DNA of 64,000 bases from positions 64,668,001-64,732,000 of the forward strand of contig NC_045707.1 in assembly GCF_009834535.1 (NCBI RefSeq). The letters run 5' to 3'. The stretch's first letter is position 1; each line of letters starts with the position of its first letter. A program made the translations under genes and the position numbers. The DNA is from Camelus ferus (Eukaryota). Shown here one piece after another: positions 60,075-64,000 of this stretch. The notes under the pieces were generated by a model. That model was not told the DNA's origin. It did not search any database and saw nothing but the letters and a program-made list of their open reading frames with translations.

Positions 60075-60500
60075 TGTTGGAGAACCCAGAAAAAGTTGTT
60101 GTGCAAACAGAGCCGAGTTTATTACATTTACGGCAGCAACAGAGACTACCTTGACAAAGTCTTCGTCCTCACTCAAAAAGAGAAATTAAGGAAAGAGTAT
60201 TTATAGGATTTGGGGATTTGAGTGCAAGCGGTTTAAGGTAGTTCTGTTCAGGTGCAGAACTTACTGGGACTGAACCAAATTCATAAAATAATAGTTGAGG
60301 TGAGGTAATGAGGTGAAGGTCATGAGATAAGCCTTGATTGACTATTGTCCTTAATGAGTGAGTTTTTCTTCTGATGTTGGAGCCAATTCCTCCAAAATTT
60401 TGTAGGGTGGTATTTTGTAATAGATGCTTTGAACTTCTTCAAAGATTTGGTCCTCCAGGGCATTATGGAAATAGGATTCTCAAAAGTTGCCTGTCTGTCA
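60075..60500 (-). mobile_element. Probable 3' LTR of the minus-strand ERV (inner boundary uncertain)
   Basis: On the minus strand: TATAAATA (60198-60205), then AATAAA (60118-60123), then terminal CA at 60075; same polarity as the adjacent pol. Confidence 0.5.
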
Positions 60501-60519
60501 TAATGACTTGATAGGGCAT

Positions 60520-60979
60520 TTCTTTTCTTTCCTTTTTTTTTTCTTTGTAATTGAAGTGTACTTGATTCACAATGTTTTAGTTTCTGGTGTACACCATAGT
60601 GATTCAGTTATACAGATACATACTCTTTTTCATTGTAGGTTATTACAAACTATTGAATATAGTTCCCTGTTCAATACGGTAGGACCTTGTTGTTTATCTA
60701 TTCTATATATAGTAGTTTGTATCTGCTAATCCCAGACTCCTAGTTTATCTCTCCCCACCCTTTCCCCTTTGGTAACCCTATGTTTATTTTCTATATCTGA
60801 GTCTATCTTTGTTTTGTAAATAAATTCATTTGTGTCATTTTTTGAGTCCACATATCAGTAATACCATATCATAGTCTTTCTCTTTCTGATTTATTTCACT
60901 TAGTTTGATAATCTCTAGTTCCATCTATGTTGCTGCAAATGGCATTATTTCATTCTTTTTTATAGCTGAATAGTATTCC

Positions 60980-61025
<46 letters not shown>

Positions 61026-61125
61026 TGTATGTACTTCTTTATTCAGTCGTCTGTCAATGGACATTTAGGTTGCTTCCATGTCTTGACTATTATAAATAGT
61101 GCTGCTATGAACACAGAGGTGTAGA
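60520..61125 (-). mobile_element. L1 3' end with (TG)n, inserted in the ERV
   Basis: ttttttgtaattgaagtgtacttgattcacaatg...gttgctgcaaatggcatt...gctgctatgaacac. Confidence 0.85.
60983..61022. repeat. (TG)20 microsatellite
   Basis: Perfect TG run inside an L1 3' UTR. Confidence 0.95.
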
Positions 61126-61329
61126 ACATTCTTTTAACCTTCATATCATCCCATTTTATATGGCATTCTACCTCCTAGAATACCTAAGAAACATTGGAAC
61201 ACTTAAGAGCTTCTTAATCTTTTCATCATTTTTTTTTTTTTTGCTTTTTTTTTCCTGTGAAGATCAAGATTCTTAATTATTTCCAAAACATTCCCCATCT
61301 CTTGCCATCGGTGTTAACTCTCTTTTATC

Positions 61330-63310
61330 TAGTTAGCTGATGAGTCCTAGTGAGTACCAGGAGTTCTGCCTTCTGGGTGACGTTGGCTCCAGTAAAGGAT
61401 TCTAAGTCTATGAGCGAGTTGAGATCTGTTTTGACATATCCAGCCTAATGATTTTCTGGTTTTGTCTTAAGGTATGACCCATCAACAAACAAGGTTAACT
61501 CTGAGTTTTCTAAAGGAGTTTCTAATACATTTGTTCAGGGCATGGACTATTCTTGGACAGAGGTTAGATGGTCAGGAGTTACCCCTTCTGGTAAAAGAGA
61601 GAAAGTAGCAAGATTTAAAGTATTAACCAGGGAAGGAAATGGGTGAAGAAGAAAGTAACAGAATTTCATGAGCAGAAAGATTACCTGCTAAGAAATACGG
61701 TGTCTTTTCAGTAGGCAACAAAGATTGACATATGAGGGTCCACCAGTCTGAGGGAAACCCTAATTAGCAGGAGGGTTCACTAATTTAGCTGCAGGAACTA
61801 TTAACCTGAGTCTAGAAAGGTGGAATTTTGCCACCAGGTCAACAAAGAACGTATACCAAGTCTTTCTCCGGTTAATACCATGAAATTGAGTCAAAACACT
61901 AAGGGCTTGTCCAGATTGTTTATGCGTGAATAGGTAGACAGACTTGAGATCATTAAGTTGACCCAGGGTAAGATGTTAAACAGCTGATTTTAAATCACAA
62001 AATGCCAGGTTCACGTTTAGGTTTCCAAGGAAGAGTTTTGATTACTGATAACTTGGTTAAATCACCAAGAGGCCTGGTGATTTTAGAACAGTTGGAAACC
62101 ATCTGCTGTAGCTTTAATAAACCCAGGCAATCCTCTTAATTGTCTTTGAATTAAGTCTGAATAATTGGCCTGGAACATTTCTGAATGGCTTTTAGTCTGT
62201 CCAAAGCAAGGGATTTACTTCCTTGGGATAAATCTTGTTGTATAGGCGATACCATTTGTTTTGACAAAATTATAACATTCCTTTTAACTTAAAGTCCTCT
62301 CTGAATTAAAACTGTTAGGAAGATAAATGAAATTAATTGAGAGAGCTCAAGTCATCTTCAGAATCTAATAAGAGGTCAAGAGGTCGTCCACATATTGAGT
62401 AAGACTAGAATTGCAGGGAAACTTAAGTTATATAAGATCCTAGCCAGAGTCTTACGAAAAAAAAAGGAGGAGGGCACCTCATTGAATCACTGAAACATAA
62501 CTGTCAAGACATATTGTTAACTTTTCCAGGAAAAGGCAAGCAGGATTAACTATTTCAATCTACCCTAAGGAAATAATAAAGAAAGCATAACATAGATTTA
62601 TGAGTCTAGAATATGTAATCCCAAGATGGAATAGTACTTAAGGTTAGTATCAGAGAGATGTAGGGAAGGGCTATTTTACTTATGACCCTGAGGTTCTGAA
62701 CAAATCTATATCTTTACCCTTTGAATTTCTTAACCAGGAAGATGAGTCCAAGGACTGATGTAAGTTACGTTGTCTTTATTAAGATTTAAAACCTGGTTTT
62801 AGTTCTTTGCCTCCTGTTTTTAGAAGTTATTATGCAAGCTTGGATAGGGTTTGAATGTGTCAACATGAAACTTGATGGATTCAGCCCCCAAAATTCTGCT
62901 GATTAGGTAGAAGTTTTTAGTCCATAAGGAGTCCAGCACTTCATAAAAATCTCTTGGCTTTGATTTAGACACAAGGATACCAGTAAGTTAGTTTCCAAAT
63001 TAGCTTTGACCTGACTTTGAAGGCGGAGGCGGGGGGTGGGGTGGTCCTTGCTAATCTCAAGGAAGAGGTCTTCAGAGGAGCATTTAATTTTGCAATTCCT
63101 TTTGTACAATAGATCCCTCCCAATAGTTAGCAGGTGCAGTGTTCCAAAGGATGAGGAATGTTCTTTGGTTAAAGTCCAAGGGTGGAAGTCGGTGCTGGGA
63201 CTGGGAGACAGCTCAGGTTATTAGAGCTACCGACCCCCAGAGGGGTTTGCTGATCCTGAGGGAGAGGTGATATGATGGTGCCAGGGTTTAAGGTTGGTAT
63301 TTGAGCATCC
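61330..63310 (-). pseudogene. Decayed ERV1/gamma-like pol (RT and RNase H)
   Basis: Minus-strand translations: YRFVQNLR (~62690-62710), LAFSW..QYVLTVMFQ (~62490-62540), QYVDDL (YVDD 62383-62394), LETPLENSELTLFVDGSY (~61473-61526), TQKAELLVLTR (~61347-61380); many stops and frameshifts. Confidence 0.85.
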
Positions 63311-63857
63311 TGATGGGTCCAGGATACACCACCCCAAAATACGGCACCTTGGCATATTGAGTATCTTAAACTGAAGGAATATGAGAAAATGGCGGAAGCA
63401 AGAAGGTTACTCTGATGTCCCCAGAGCACTTGACCTTCTTCCCTGAAAGCAGGAGATAAATCTCCCTTGTGAAAGTTACCCTCCCTGTACCAGGAAGAAG
63501 GAAGACATTCTTATCACCAGAGACGTGGAATTTGGAGCTGAGAAATCTGAGCCAATAAACCTTACGAAACTAACTCTTATCATCCTGATTACATCTTCAC
63601 CATTTACTCCCCATAGCCCCAACCCCTTTGTCTTGTCAATTCTTCACAAATGTATTGTTTCTTTGTCTAAAAGGTATAAAAGCTTCCTGCTGTGGTCACT
63701 TTTTCAGGGCTTCATTCTCTTGAGAAGTCTGCCAGGTATATGTAAGAATTCGATAAAATTTGTATGCATTTGTCCTGTTCATCCCTCTCGTCAGTTTAAG
63801 TTTTAGACCCAGCCAGGGACCTGAAGAGTCTTGAGGAAAACTTTTTCCTCCCCTACT
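63311..63857 (+). mobile_element. ERV1 solo LTR (MER34/MER39-like)
   Basis: tgatgggtccaggatacaccaccccaaaatacggcaccttggcatattgag...; TATA ggtataaaa ~63672; ends ttttcctcccctac; 4-bp TSD atcc/gtcc. Confidence 0.78.
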
Positions 63858-64000
63858 GTCCATTATCCAAAAAAAAAAAAAAATTGCAAAACTGTTATTT
63901 AATATTTAAACAAATTTTAACCTATGAATTTAAGAGTGAACAGGTAAGTTTTAGTTCCCCCTTCCAATCACCTTTATTGTTCACTCATTTTTTCTTCCTT

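Overview
Mammalian genomic DNA, most likely camelid: it carries three Vic-1-type tRNA-Ala-derived SINE copies and camelid-type L1 3' ends, and I saw no Alu, Bov-A or PRE-1 elements. The window holds the 3' portion of PTPRB (VE-PTP, receptor-type tyrosine phosphatase beta) on the + strand. I placed 25 GT-AG coding exons from 858 to the TGA at 46681-46683; they join in one open frame (4337 nt, about 1445 aa). They encode ten one-exon FN3 domains, a three-exon membrane-proximal domain, the TM helix, an 18-nt microexon, an intact PTP domain ([18 protein letters not shown]-loop) and a C-terminal YENV motif. A long 3' UTR probably ends near the AATAAA at 51991. The 5' exons lie upstream of the window. 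Introns and the downstream flank contain L1, L2, MIR, MLT1, MER5A and MER63 elements, plus a decayed minus-strand ERV1-like provirus with nested insertions. I found no evidence of a wholly new gene system. The best lead is an intronic duplicate of the TM-exon splice acceptor that could give a secreted ectodomain isoform. Other leads are a stop-inserting NAGNAG acceptor, inverted L1 ends around an FN3 exon, and several local duplication or hairpin scars. Repeat subfamily names come from recalled consensus sequences and should be confirmed with RepeatMasker.
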